Positions 1 through 9,872 of a stretch of 54,333 bases of DNA are shown in pieces; the stretch's first letter is position 1; each line of letters opens with the position of its first letter. This stretch comes from a virus. Lineage: Duplodnaviria > Caudoviricetes. The stretch covers positions 1 through 54,333 of the IMG/VR virus record IMGVR_UViG_3300020045_001996. The stretch is one strand, 5' to 3'. The notes below the pieces were generated by a model that ran no database searches, was not told where the DNA came from, and saw only the letters and a program-made list of their open reading frames with translations. A program made the translations under genes and the position numbers.

Positions 1-37
1 TCATTTGAAAACTCCTTAGTTAGTAAAAGAAGACCAA

Positions 38-66
38 ATCATAAACGACAACTTCTCTGTTGTCAA
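38..66 (-). promoter_or_regulatory. sigma70-type promoter for a gene running off the left edge
   Basis: Minus strand TTGACA-17 nt-TATGAT; AAGGAG RBS and ATG (positions 4-2) follow downstream. Confidence 0.7.
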
Positions 67-79
67 CACAAATTTTGTT

Positions 80-175
80 GTAAGAGAGCTACACAAGAGT
101 AATTAACTTGTGGAAAAGCGTAAGTCCCGCCTGCTCATCTTACTTTTCTATTGGACTTAGGAGAATGGACTTATG
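80..175 (+). promoter_or_regulatory. structured 5' leader (three-stem junction) of the nuclease gene
   Basis: GTAAGA-GAGC (80-89) pairs with GCTC-A-TCTTAC (133-143); inner hairpins CACAAG/CTTGTG and GCG-TAAGTCC-CGC; loop is complementary to GGACTTA at 153-159 and 167-173. Confidence 0.6.
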
Positions 176-1006
176 AATAATAACTATTATGTGTATCTTC
201 ACCGCAATCTTGACGGTGTTGTAGTGTATGTTGGCAAGGGCACAAAATCTAGAGTGACTTCCAATAGCAGTCGTTCCGTGGCTTGGAAAGAGGCTACGAA
301 GTCTGGCTTTACTTACGAAATATTTAAAGACGGCATGACCAATAGAGAGGCAATGCTCTTAGAAGAAGAGTTGATCGCTGCTCATAGGGAAACAGTTGTC
401 AATAGCACATCTTCAAAAATAACGAAAGAATTAGATTTTAAAACTTTGAATGAAGTTTTCTACTATGATGAAACCAGCCCCTCTGGTCTTAGGTGGAAAG
501 TAGACAGATTTAAGAATAAAGGTGCGAAGTTATTTTCTGCAGGAGATGTAGCTGGAAACAAAAGATTTCTACCAAATGGAACCCCTCGTTGCTGGAGGTT
601 AAAGTTCCAAGGACTCCCTCACTTAGTACACAGGATAATTTGGGTATTGAAGTATAACTGCATTGACTCTGACTTAGTAGTTGATCACAAAGATGGTAAT
701 GCCTTCAATAATAATACTTCAAACCTAAAGATTAAGACCCACGGGGATAACGCTAGAAACCGGAAACATAGTAAAACACAAACCGGGGTTACTGGTGTTA
801 CTAGAAGGATTGCTCCGGGCAATATCATAACTTTCCGTGCAAGCTGGTCTGACGAAAATGGTAAAGAACAATGCCATAACTTTTCTACAAGGAAGTATGG
901 TTACGATGAAGCTTTTAGGCTGGCTTGTGAAGTCCGAGAAGTAAAAATTAAAGAATTAATAGCACTAGGCTTCGATTATACAGACCGTCACCTAGTAGCT
1001 GGATAA
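173..1006 (+). CDS. free-standing homing endonuclease: GIY-YIG-like + HNH + AP2-like domains
   Basis: N-terminal YVY...YVGKG..R...E...N; central HRIIW...VVDHKDGNAFNN..SNL...N (HNH_3 type); C-terminal TGVTGV...FS..KYG..EAF.LA. Confidence 0.85.
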   Translation: MNNNYYVYLHRNLDGVVVYVGKGTKSRVTSNSSRSVAWKEATKSGFTYEIFKDGMTNREAMLLEEELIAAHRETVVNSTSSKITKELDFKTLNEVFYYDETSPSGLRWKVDRFKNKGAKLFSAGDVAGNKRFLPNGTPRCWRLKFQGLPHLVHRIIWVLKYNCIDSDLVVDHKDGNAFNNNTSNLKIKTHGDNARNRKHSKTQTGVTGVTRRIAPGNIITFRASWSDENGKEQCHNFSTRKYGYDEAFRLACEVREVKIKELIALGFDYTDRHLVAG

Positions 1007-1020
1007 TAAGAAAGAAAATT

Positions 1021-4000
1021 ATGAGCTTGGAACTCTCGTCTTTAAAATTCTCCGTAAATACGGAAGAGTTGGATCGTGCTGGAAAATCGATTGCTGAGTT
1101 GGTTGTTAATGTTGGTAAGCTAGATAAGGCTGCTAAGGACCAAGCACGAACAGAAGCTACACTTGCTAAAGCTGCTAAAGATTCAGCAAAGGCAAACCTT
1201 GATAATGCCAAGGCCCAGCAAGTAAACGCAAAAGCCGTAGAAAGCACTGAAAAAGCTCAGAAGAAGGCTGCTGCAGCGGTTGAGAAGAGTAATAGTATTC
1301 TTCAACGTCAGAGTGATATTTACGACTTCATGACGCAAGGATTCTCTAAGGGACAATCGGGTATTCTTGCTTCAGCTAAAGCAGCAGGTCAATTGTCGGG
1401 GGAACTTAAGAAGGTTCTCGACGATATGAAAGCGTTTGAGACAAACCCATTTGACAAGTCTGAACTGGGTTTAAAGCGCTTACAGAAGACTATGAAAGAG
1501 GTGGTGGCTGCTCAAGGTTTCTTCAATGAGGGCGGTAACCTTACTACTAAACAAGCTCGTGAATTGAGTAATGACCTAGATCGGATCAGTGTCTCTTTGA
1601 CAAAGCAAGGTAAATCATACCAAGATGTTACTAAAGCACAGGCTTTGCATAAACAAGAATTTATTAACGAAGCCGCCGCTGTTAATCGTGCTCAAAATGC
1701 ACTTGATATTATTACCAAGCAACGCAAGGAAGTTGCCACAGCTACTAACTACTTAACCCAAGCAGATCAAAAACTCGCAGCTGCCTTGAACACCTCCAAT
1801 GCCTCTTTGGATAAGGCAGGTACCGATTCGCTTGTAAGGTACGAATCTGCCTTAAGAAAGTCTGGTTTAGCTCAAGACGTTGTTACTCAGAAACTCTCTA
1901 CATACAAAGTACAGCTTGCTCAAGTGCAAGCACAGGAAATGAAACGCAGGGAGCAACACCTTGCAAGGGCCGCAGCTCCGCAGCTGACCGATATTGGTGT
2001 GTCATTGTACTCTGGTCAAGCCCCTATGACTGTTCTTTTGCAACAATCAGGTCAGCTCGTTGATTTACTAAATCTCTCCGGCGTTGAGGCCTCAAAGTTC
2101 GGTGACATTCTCCGTACCTCCTTCTACTCTATGGTTCCCGCAATTAAGCAAGTTACGCTTGGTATTGCTGGCCTTGTTGGTGGATTGTTCATGGATGCAG
2201 GTAGTGCTGTTTCTCGTTTTGTAGGAAACATCACTGGTATCTCTGCAGCAATGGATATTGCTAAACGAGCGATTGTATCTGGTGGTGAAGAGAATTTCAA
2301 ATACGTTGCATCTTTGGAGAAGATCAGTAAAGCTGCTGCTGCAACTGCTGCTGGTGGTATTGCTGCCCTTATTCTTGTTGTAGCACTTCTTGCTCTTGAA
2401 TACAAAAAGATTATTCAAGCTGAGTCTGATTTGTCTAAAGCCCTTGCTACCTCCGGTGGCGCTCTTGGTATTACTCGTGATCAAGCTGTAGCAGCAGCAG
2501 AAGGAATGAGTTCTCTCGGTATTGGTACTCTGAAAGCAATGAGTGCCTTTACCGAAATTGCTAAAGCTGGCAATATTGGAAAATCTTCTCTTGAACTTGT
2601 CACCAAGGCCGCTGTTGAACTTGAGAAAACGGCTGGTGTAAGCATTGAAGAGACTGCAAAACAGTACGCTAAACTTCAAGAAGAGCCTTCAAAAGCGCTG
2701 ATTGAAATTGCTCAGAAAACAGGGCTTGTAGACAGAGAAACCCTTGCTTATGTATCTTCTCTTGAACAACAAGGTAATCTGACTGAGGCAGCAAGGGTAG
2801 CTACGCTTGCTTTGGCTTCTGCACATTCACAAGCAGCATCTGAAATTAAGGACAACTGGTCTCCTGTTGAAGTTCTTTTCAATGACATCAAAACAGCCAT
2901 TAGCGGCGTTAAGCAAGAAATCTATGATCTTACTACCTCCAATGCTGTGGTAGGGGCAATGCGAACAGTGTGGGAAACTATATCTGTGGTTATCTCTGAA
3001 GTATGGTTCACCATTAAAGGTGTTGGCAAAGAGATTGGTGGTATAGGCGCCCAAATTGCAGCAGTGATGCGTGGGGACTTTTCTGGTGCAGCATCAATTG
3101 GTGAGCAAATGAAAGCTGATGCTGAATCAGCAGCTTCTGCCCAGAAGAAGTTTGTCGCATCAATCTTAGACCGCAGTGCAGTTGAGCAAAAATCCTTCAA
3201 TCAGAACAAAGAGCAAAACTCTCAATATGCTAAATGGCGTAAAGAGAATGAACAAGCGCTTACAAGTGCAATCAGCAAAGAAGAAAAATATAAAGCTAAA
3301 CAACTAGAAGTACAAAAGGCTGTACTAGCTGGTACAGTAAGTCAAACTGAAGCTGATAAGGCTCTTGCTGGTTGGAAGAAGATCATCTATGGGGATGCAA
3401 AGCCTAAGAAAGACCCATCAGAAAACTACTACGCAACCCTAATGCGTGAAGCAACGAATAATACAATCGCTGCTGATACTGCAACTCAAGGTCTTACTAA
3501 ATCTGAACTTAAACTTTTAGAAATAAAATCTGATCCTCGTTTTAGTAAACTTAACGCCATCCAGAAATCTGATGTTACTGCTAAATATGAAAGTGCTATC
3601 GCTTCTGAGAGGCAAGTAAAAGCAGAGAAAGATTTGGCTGATGCTGAAGAATTCCGCTTGAAACTCCTTGGTAAGTCCGATGGCTTTGGTAAGCAATACT
3701 ACGCAGATATGCTAAAGCTTTCTGAGTACGCTAAGGTTGCAGGTTGGTCTACTGAGGAAGTTGAAGCACTGACAGAAGCTCTCTACAAAAGTACACCCGC
3801 ATGGAAAGCACACGAAAAAGCTCTAGAAGCTGTAAACACAGCCGCTACTAAATTCCGTGAAGATAGCATTGCAACTCAAGCTGCTGTTACTAAAGAAAAT
3901 GAATCTTTGGATTATAGAATCTCTTTACTTGGGCAGACAACGGAAGAACAACGTATCTTAGCAATTGAGTACACCCGTTCTAATAAACTCCGCGAAGTGG

Positions 4001-6063
4001 ATGTTAAGCTAGCAAAAGAACTTCGAGAAATTGAAGAGAAGATTGCTAAAGCTAAAAAGGCTGGTCTTCCAAGTAATGAATATCAATCCCTGATTGACGC
4101 TCAGATTCAAGCAGAAAAAGACGCTGCTGATCAGCGTAAAGTAATAAATCGTGAAGTGGCTGTTCAATACGCAGAAGACCTTGACAAAGAGTTTCGTGCA
4201 ATCAAAGATGGTATCACTGAATCTATCGTAACTGCTCTCTTTGATGGCGGCAAAGAAGGTTCTAAGAAACTCCGTGAAATATTGGTTAGTACTCTCCGTA
4301 AGAAAGTCACTATAGTAGTTGATGCTGTGGTTAATACTTTAGTCGGAAGTGTTGTTGGTTCTTTGTTTGGAAGTAGTTCAAGTGCTAGCGGGAGTACAGC
4401 CAGCTCACTGTCTACTATGGGTAATTTCTCTTCTTTATTAAATCTTCCATCAACAATTTCAAAACTTACAAGTTCTGTTTCTTCTCTATGGGCGGGATTG
4501 AGCGCCAGTGGAGCCACAGCATCAGGTGCAGCAAGTGCTGGCCTTGCATACAGTAGCTCTGTAGCAGCGGGCAGTGGTAGTAGCTTTTTAACAGGCTCTA
4601 GCTTGGCTTCAATGTCGGGACTAGGCTTGGCGGGGATTGCAGCTATTGGAGCTGTACTCGCTAAGAGTTTGTTTGGTAGCAAGAAAGTGTCAACTAGTAG
4701 TCTAGGTGGTACACAATCAAGTTATGACGCATCTGGAAATCGCACCAGCTACAACCCCTACTATGATTCTCGCTCTGGAACTACTGCTTATGCTAATGAT
4801 ATGGTTCAGTCCTTGCAGGATACTTACACCTCTACAGCAAAGGCTCTTGGAATTGCAACTGCAGCTACTACATTTGCATATGCAGCAAATACTGGAAAAA
4901 ATGGAACTAACCCTAATTTCTTCTTAGCCGGAAGTGCGGGTGGTTCTAGTTTTTATCAAGGCGAAACTACAATCTCTGATAGTGCTGTACAACTAGCTGC
5001 TAGTCGTGCAGTGATGGCTGCTCTGAAGGGATCAACACTACCTAAGTACCTATCCGGTGTATTTGATGATATCACTGCAAGTACTGCTACACAAGATGAT
5101 ATTGATACTGCATTAGCGTATGCCCAGAGCCTAGCTACACTGCATACAGCTTTAGTATCTTTACCTTTTGACAAGCTGACTAATGCTAGTTATGACAGCA
5201 TGGAGGCGATTCTGGAGTTAGCTGGTGGGGTAACTACATTTAGTAACCTTCTGTCAACTTACTATCAGAATTACTATTCCGAGACTGAACAGGCTGCAAC
5301 AATGACAGCTAGTCTCTCTAAGGTGTTTGCTGACTTAGGTATGTCAATGCCTAGTTCTAAAGCAGCTTTTAGAGACTTGGTTGATAGCTTAGATTTGACA
5401 ACTACAACAGGTCAAACTACTTATACTACTTTGTTGAGTGCTTCAAGTGCATTTGCTAGCCTATCCGATGCAGTAACTACTATGACGCAATCTGTAGTGG
5501 ATGAAGCTAAACGTATACGTGCATTGATTGCTGGTGATAGTACAAATAGTTTTGCTACAGCTCAGACAGCTTTTGCAGTTAGTACTGCTCAGGCACGAGC
5601 TGGTGATGAAACTGCATTAGCTGGATTGGCGGAGTTAAGTCAAAACTTACTAACACTAGCAGAATCTAATGCTGCAACATCTGTTGATTTAGCACGAATT
5701 CGTGCAATGACAGCAAGCAGTTTAGAGACTACGGCAGCTACAGTAGCAAGTAGTTATGGCATCAAACTGCCAAGTTATGACGTAGGTACTAACTATGTAC
5801 CTAAAGATATGATTGCGCAGATTCATGAAGGAGAGGCAATTGTGCCTAGAGCATACAACCCAGACGCAAGCGGAGGTTCGGGTGCTAGTAGCGCTAATAA
5901 CACTGAGTTACTAATTACTATGAAAGCTATACTTACTAAACTCGACAAGCTAGAACAGGTTGACGATGGTGTAAAAGCTATTGCTGTATCTGCAGCTAAG
6001 TCTACGAAAATACTCTCACGTGTTACTCGTGATGGTGAAGCAATGGTGACGGTGGCAGCATGA
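1021..6063 (+). CDS. tail tape measure protein
   Basis: 1680 aa, Ala/Lys/Glu-rich helical; QLTDIGVSLYSGQAPMTVLLQQ lambda-TMP-like motif; C-terminal PSYDVGTNYVPKDMIAQIHEGEAIVP; followed by tail genes. Confidence 0.93.
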   Translation: MSLELSSLKFSVNTEELDRAGKSIAELVVNVGKLDKAAKDQARTEATLAKAAKDSAKANLDNAKAQQVNAKAVESTEKAQKKAAAAVEKSNSILQRQSDIYDFMTQGFSKGQSGILASAKAAGQLSGELKKVLDDMKAFETNPFDKSELGLKRLQKTMKEVVAAQGFFNEGGNLTTKQARELSNDLDRISVSLTKQGKSYQDVTKAQALHKQEFINEAAAVNRAQNALDIITKQRKEVATATNYLTQADQKLAAALNTSNASLDKAGTDSLVRYESALRKSGLAQDVVTQKLSTYKVQLAQVQAQEMKRREQHLARAAAPQLTDIGVSLYSGQAPMTVLLQQSGQLVDLLNLSGVEASKFGDILRTSFYSMVPAIKQVTLGIAGLVGGLFMDAGSAVSRFVGNITGISAAMDIAKRAIVSGGEENFKYVASLEKISKAAAATAAGGIAALILVVALLALEYKKIIQAESDLSKALATSGGALGITRDQAVAAAEGMSSLGIGTLKAMSAFTEIAKAGNIGKSSLELVTKAAVELEKTAGVSIEETAKQYAKLQEEPSKALIEIAQKTGLVDRETLAYVSSLEQQGNLTEAARVATLALASAHSQAASEIKDNWSPVEVLFNDIKTAISGVKQEIYDLTTSNAVVGAMRTVWETISVVISEVWFTIKGVGKEIGGIGAQIAAVMRGDFSGAASIGEQMKADAESAASAQKKFVASILDRSAVEQKSFNQNKEQNSQYAKWRKENEQALTSAISKEEKYKAKQLEVQKAVLAGTVSQTEADKALAGWKKIIYGDAKPKKDPSENYYATLMREATNNTIAADTATQGLTKSELKLLEIKSDPRFSKLNAIQKSDVTAKYESAIASERQVKAEKDLADAEEFRLKLLGKSDGFGKQYYADMLKLSEYAKVAGWSTEEVEALTEALYKSTPAWKAHEKALEAVNTAATKFREDSIATQAAVTKENESLDYRISLLGQTTEEQRILAIEYTRSNKLREVDVKLAKELREIEEKIAKAKKAGLPSNEYQSLIDAQIQAEKDAADQRKVINREVAVQYAEDLDKEFRAIKDGITESIVTALFDGGKEGSKKLREILVSTLRKKVTIVVDAVVNTLVGSVVGSLFGSSSSASGSTASSLSTMGNFSSLLNLPSTISKLTSSVSSLWAGLSASGATASGAASAGLAYSSSVAAGSGSSFLTGSSLASMSGLGLAGIAAIGAVLAKSLFGSKKVSTSSLGGTQSSYDASGNRTSYNPYYDSRSGTTAYANDMVQSLQDTYTSTAKALGIATAATTFAYAANTGKNGTNPNFFLAGSAGGSSFYQGETTISDSAVQLAASRAVMAALKGSTLPKYLSGVFDDITASTATQDDIDTALAYAQSLATLHTALVSLPFDKLTNASYDSMEAILELAGGVTTFSNLLSTYYQNYYSETEQAATMTASLSKVFADLGMSMPSSKAAFRDLVDSLDLTTTTGQTTYTTLLSASSAFASLSDAVTTMTQSVVDEAKRIRALIAGDSTNSFATAQTAFAVSTAQARAGDETALAGLAELSQNLLTLAESNAATSVDLARIRAMTASSLETTAATVASSYGIKLPSYDVGTNYVPKDMIAQIHEGEAIVPRAYNPDASGGSGASSANNTELLITMKAILTKLDKLEQVDDGVKAIAVSAAKSTKILSRVTRDGEAMVTVAA

Positions 6064-6956
6064 AGGTAGTAAAACCTACTACCATGACACCAGCTATGCT
6101 AATCAGCAGTGATGCTGTAGAGGCATATGCCACTTGGAATGCTGCTACAAACTACTCAGTTGGTGCAAGGGTAGTCCGCACCACGACTAACCGGATTTAC
6201 GAACGTCTAGTAGCTGGTACTTCCGCTACATTACCGGAGCTAGATTTAGTAAATTGGTTGGACTATGCACCCACTAACAAGTGGGCAATGTTTGACGAAC
6301 AGACAGCAACAATGACAACAGCAACCAATAGCTTAACTGTTGTAGTTGCTACTGGAGTCATTGACAGTGTATCCTTAATCGGTACTACTGCTGATGAGGT
6401 GCAATTAACCCTACGTGATGGATTGGGTGGTGCAGTCATTTGGACAGGAAGTATGGGCCTCAGTGGTGAGACTGTAACTGACTGGTATCAATACTTCTTT
6501 TTTGACCCACTGACTTCACGTACTCAAGCTATATTCCAAAACTTACCACCTTATGTATCAAGTCATTTGACTATGGTACTAACTGGAATTGGTTCTATTA
6601 GTTTAGGTAATTTAGTATTTGGAGCATCAAAGGATATCGGCGGTCTTGAGTACGGATGTACTGCTAGTATAACTGACTATAGCGTTAAAGAAACAGATGC
6701 ATTTGGTATAACCAAGTTTGTAAAGCGAGGCTATGCTAAACGTATGACGGGTAATTTAATAATTGATAATATGCAGTTGAATCGTATTCACCGTACATTA
6801 TCTGATTTACGTGCTACACCTTGTGTCTGGATTGGAAGTGACCAGCCGGAGTTTAATGAACCATTAGTAGTCTTTGGGTTCTATAAAGACTTTACTATCA
6901 CTATCCCATATAACACAACCAGCTATTGCAGCCTGGAAATTGAAGGATTAATTTAA
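6060..6956 (+). CDS. tail tip / distal tail structural protein
   Basis: ATGA overlap with TMP stop; beta-rich; WNAATNYSVGARV carbohydrate-binding-like motif; DYSVKETDAFG...VKRGYAKR. Confidence 0.65.
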   Translation: MKVVKPTTMTPAMLISSDAVEAYATWNAATNYSVGARVVRTTTNRIYERLVAGTSATLPELDLVNWLDYAPTNKWAMFDEQTATMTTATNSLTVVVATGVIDSVSLIGTTADEVQLTLRDGLGGAVIWTGSMGLSGETVTDWYQYFFFDPLTSRTQAIFQNLPPYVSSHLTMVLTGIGSISLGNLVFGASKDIGGLEYGCTASITDYSVKETDAFGITKFVKRGYAKRMTGNLIIDNMQLNRIHRTLSDLRATPCVWIGSDQPEFNEPLVVFGFYKDFTITIPYNTTSYCSLEIEGLI

Positions 6957-6957
6957 T

Positions 6958-8268
6958 ATGACTATTACAGCGCTTCCTACACCGCCCCTACGCAGTGACC
7001 CAAGTAATTTCGCCGACCGGGCTGATACATTCTTGGCAGCTTTACCCTTGTTTGCAACCGAAGCTAATGCTTTGGCTGCAGCAATGAACCTTAATAGTAC
7101 CACGGACTCAAGTACTACAAGTGTTTTGATTGGTACCGGAGCTAAGGCATTTACGGTATCTCCAGGAAAGAGTTTCCAGCCTGGGATGTATATTGTGATT
7201 GCAGACGCTGCAGCGCCGGGTACAAACAGCATGTGGGGACAAGTAACAAGCTATTCCGGTACATCACTTAATGTCAATGTGATTGCTGTTCTAGGGTCTG
7301 GTACAAAAGCATCGTGGGTTATTTCTCAATCAGCACCCGGTGGTGCTAATCGTGGAGCTAATTCAGATATTACCAGCCTATCTGCAATCAGTAGTATTAA
7401 TAGTGGACAGCTCGCAGGGTTACGGAATAGAGTAATTAATGGGAGTTTTTCAGTTTGGCAGAGGGGTGTGGCCTTTACAGCATCATCCACAGGTGCGTAC
7501 ATGGCTGATAGATGGATTTGCGCAGCATCAGGTGCTAACTTAAGTGTAACAAGGGGTGCAGGGTATAGTAATATCTATGGACTTGCTCTAACTGGAGCTA
7601 CTGGAAGTACTTATGCATTTCTAAAGCACAGGATAGAAAGTGTAAATTCTTACTCTCTTGCAAATCAAAAGATTACAGTATCGGGTAAGATTTATAATAA
7701 TAATGTAACTCTTCCAGGGCAAATATCCTTAGCTTATGCTACTGTTGCGGATAACTTTACAGCAACAACTGCTATTGAGAGTAAAACTATTTCAATTACT
7801 GGCTCAACTTGGACAAACTTTTCTTTTACAACTTCCTCTGTACTCCCTGCGGGTACAACAGCAGGTCTTGAGGTTAGTATAAACTTTACGAGTGGTATTC
7901 CAAGTGGTACTGGGGTTGTAGTCTCTGATATCCAAGTTGAAATCGGAGAAGTTGCAACAGCATTTGAACAACGCCCTTATGGATTGGAGTTTATGCTGTG
8001 CCAGCGGTATTATGTACAGCAGGCATACACAAACTATAGATATTTTCAATCTGCTGCATTATTGGCGTTTCCGATGATGTCCCTTCATACTCAACTCAGG
8101 GCTACTCCTACAGTTGCATTTATAGGCACTGTAACATACTCTGGTATGGCTGCTTCTGGTGCTAGCCTCGCTGGGAGTAATACAGATTTTATATACTGCG
8201 CAGTTACAGCATCTGGTGCTGGAGAAGGTGGAATATCGGCGGTTGTGTCTTTATCAGCAGAACTTTAA
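6958..8268 (+). CDS. tail fibre / receptor-binding protein
   Basis: Ser/Thr/Gly-rich; GANSDITSL and RNRVINGSFSVWQRG...DRW...QVEIGEVATAFEQRPYGLEFMLCQRYY motifs typical of fibre domains. Confidence 0.8.
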   Translation: MTITALPTPPLRSDPSNFADRADTFLAALPLFATEANALAAAMNLNSTTDSSTTSVLIGTGAKAFTVSPGKSFQPGMYIVIADAAAPGTNSMWGQVTSYSGTSLNVNVIAVLGSGTKASWVISQSAPGGANRGANSDITSLSAISSINSGQLAGLRNRVINGSFSVWQRGVAFTASSTGAYMADRWICAASGANLSVTRGAGYSNIYGLALTGATGSTYAFLKHRIESVNSYSLANQKITVSGKIYNNNVTLPGQISLAYATVADNFTATTAIESKTISITGSTWTNFSFTTSSVLPAGTTAGLEVSINFTSGIPSGTGVVVSDIQVEIGEVATAFEQRPYGLEFMLCQRYYVQQAYTNYRYFQSAALLAFPMMSLHTQLRATPTVAFIGTVTYSGMAASGASLAGSNTDFIYCAVTASGAGEGGISAVVSLSAEL

Positions 8269-8277
8269 GAGGTTACT

Positions 8278-8613
8278 ATGTATAAACTAACTAACTCAAC
8301 TTCAGTCATCCGATTGGAGGATTCTGCTAGCATCCCTAATGACCCAGAAAATATTGACTATGCGCAGTATTTAAAATGGCTATCAGAAGGTAATATACCG
8401 GAGCCTGTAGATACTGCACCTAGTTTTGTGGAGCCAATAAAAGATCAAATAACCCGACTTGAACGAGAGCAACTACTACCAAGAGCAACACGAGAGTTTA
8501 TGCTTGGGTATCTAGAAGGTGCGTTTACACCTGAACAACTTTCTGCAAGTCCTGGGTATGTAAAGTTGAAAGCATTTGATATGATGATTGTAGTACTCAG
8601 GACTCAGCTATGA
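8278..8613 (+). CDS. tail fibre-associated / assembly protein
   Basis: [25 protein letters not shown] motif; directly follows the fibre gene. Confidence 0.65.
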   Translation: MYKLTNSTSVIRLEDSASIPNDPENIDYAQYLKWLSEGNIPEPVDTAPSFVEPIKDQITRLEREQLLPRATREFMLGYLEGAFTPEQLSASPGYVKLKAFDMMIVVLRTQL

Positions 8614-8906
8614 TTGATTTACTTATAATTCTCTTGAAGCCAGCCTTACTTTGCACAGAAGCAAAGAAGTATCAGTACTTTCCATTTGCTTTAGTTGCTT
8701 GGGTTGTGGATATGATTATTGCTCACACATCATGGGCATTGATTGCTGGAAGACCTCAGAAATCAGAGTGGACTATTAGCCAAACATTAGAAAGGCTTTG
8801 CAACCCTAGTAATTCGAATCATCCTGATTTTAAACTATTTGTAGCAATTGGTGAAAAAATCAATAAGGTTTCACCAACTAAGAATCACATCAAAATCTTG
8901 TCTTGA
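8610..8906 (+). CDS. hypothetical membrane protein
   Basis: ATGA overlap; hydrophobic segments; [11 protein letters not shown] motif. Confidence 0.6.
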   Translation: MIDLLIILLKPALLCTEAKKYQYFPFALVAWVVDMIIAHTSWALIAGRPQKSEWTISQTLERLCNPSNSNHPDFKLFVAIGEKINKVSPTKNHIKILS

Positions 8907-8939
8907 ATGGCATTGTCAGCAAAGAACATAAGAATAATC

Positions 8940-9302
8940 ATGGAATATAAACGAAAAGATGATAGTACAGTGCAAGTGATTGCTGAACGCATTGATAACC
9001 TCCACAGTCACATCAGTGACCTGAGAGACTCAATGAAAGAAAGCATGAAGGAAATGGCTACTGCAGTTAACAAATTAGTAAAAATTGAAGAAGGGCAGGT
9101 ACACATGATGCAAGCTCATATCCGATTGACTGAACTGCAAGATAAGCAAGTACAAAGATGTGATGAACTAGAGAAACGCCTTGATGCTCTGGAAGCAGAT
9201 GTACCAATGAATCGACAGATTCGCAATTGGGTTATCAGTGCTGTAACAGGTATTGTAGCCTTGGTTGGTATGGGCGTTGCAAAGTTCTTTGGGGTGATGT
9301 AA
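8940..9302 (+). CDS. coiled-coil protein with C-terminal TM helix (holin-like or lysis accessory)
   Basis: Coiled coil then a single TM (WVISAVTGIVALVGMGVAKFFG); immediately before the endolysin; start could be 8907. Confidence 0.55.
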   Translation: MEYKRKDDSTVQVIAERIDNLHSHISDLRDSMKESMKEMATAVNKLVKIEEGQVHMMQAHIRLTELQDKQVQRCDELEKRLDALEADVPMNRQIRNWVISAVTGIVALVGMGVAKFFGVM

Positions 9303-9329
9303 TGCAAGCGAGGATTAAGAAATCAGTAT

Positions 9330-9872
9330 ATGTCTAAATTAAAATACTTCCCTCACCTTGCGGGTTCCTTAGTCCTAGCAGGTGCTGGAGCTATAGGTAT
9401 CATTCACAAGTGGGAGCCTGCTAAGGGTTCCCCTGATGCTTACCTTTACGTCTACGAAGATAAACTTGCAAGTAATATCTGGACCGTTTGTCATGGCTTG
9501 ACTAATGCTGTAAGCAAGAAGAGAATCGTCAAAGGTGATAAGTGGACTGTGCAAGAGTGCAATGAAAACGAAGCTATTGCTTTGGAAAATATTCAGAACA
9601 AACTTGCAGGTTGCTTCACGAGGCTACCCCCACAGAGTGTATTTGATGCTGCAACATCTCACGCATGGAACTTTGGTGTAGGTAAGACTTGTGCAAGCAC
9701 TTCTATGAAGCAATGGAACTTAGGTAACTACAGGATAGGTTGTCAACTCTTAGCATACCAATATAACGGAACTACACCTAACTGGAGTTTTTCTGATGGT
9801 AAGTTTGTCAAGGGGTTGCACAACCGCAGAGTTGATGAAATGCAAACTTGTTTAAAGGATGTGAAGCTATGA
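9330..9872 (+). CDS. endolysin, GH24 phage lysozyme, probable SAR type
   Basis: N-terminal Gly/Ala-rich weakly hydrophobic segment; E...Y.D....WTVCHG catalytic region; AWNFGVG; GLHNRRVDE...C. Confidence 0.88.
   Translation: MSKLKYFPHLAGSLVLAGAGAIGIIHKWEPAKGSPDAYLYVYEDKLASNIWTVCHGLTNAVSKKRIVKGDKWTVQECNENEAIALENIQNKLAGCFTRLPPQSVFDAATSHAWNFGVGKTCASTSMKQWNLGNYRIGCQLLAYQYNGTTPNWSFSDGKFVKGLHNRRVDEMQTCLKDVKL

Noticed and set aside
2092-5174. Minus-strand ORFs inside the tape measure gene (and similar shadow ORFs elsewhere, e.g. 25911-26555, 40038-40544)
   Set aside because: Antisense to well-supported genes, no RBS or recognisable motifs; expected from codon bias.
6958-8268. Diversity-generating retroelement or invertible tail-fibre system
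   Set aside because: No reverse transcriptase, template repeat, invertase or duplicated fibre end in the window.
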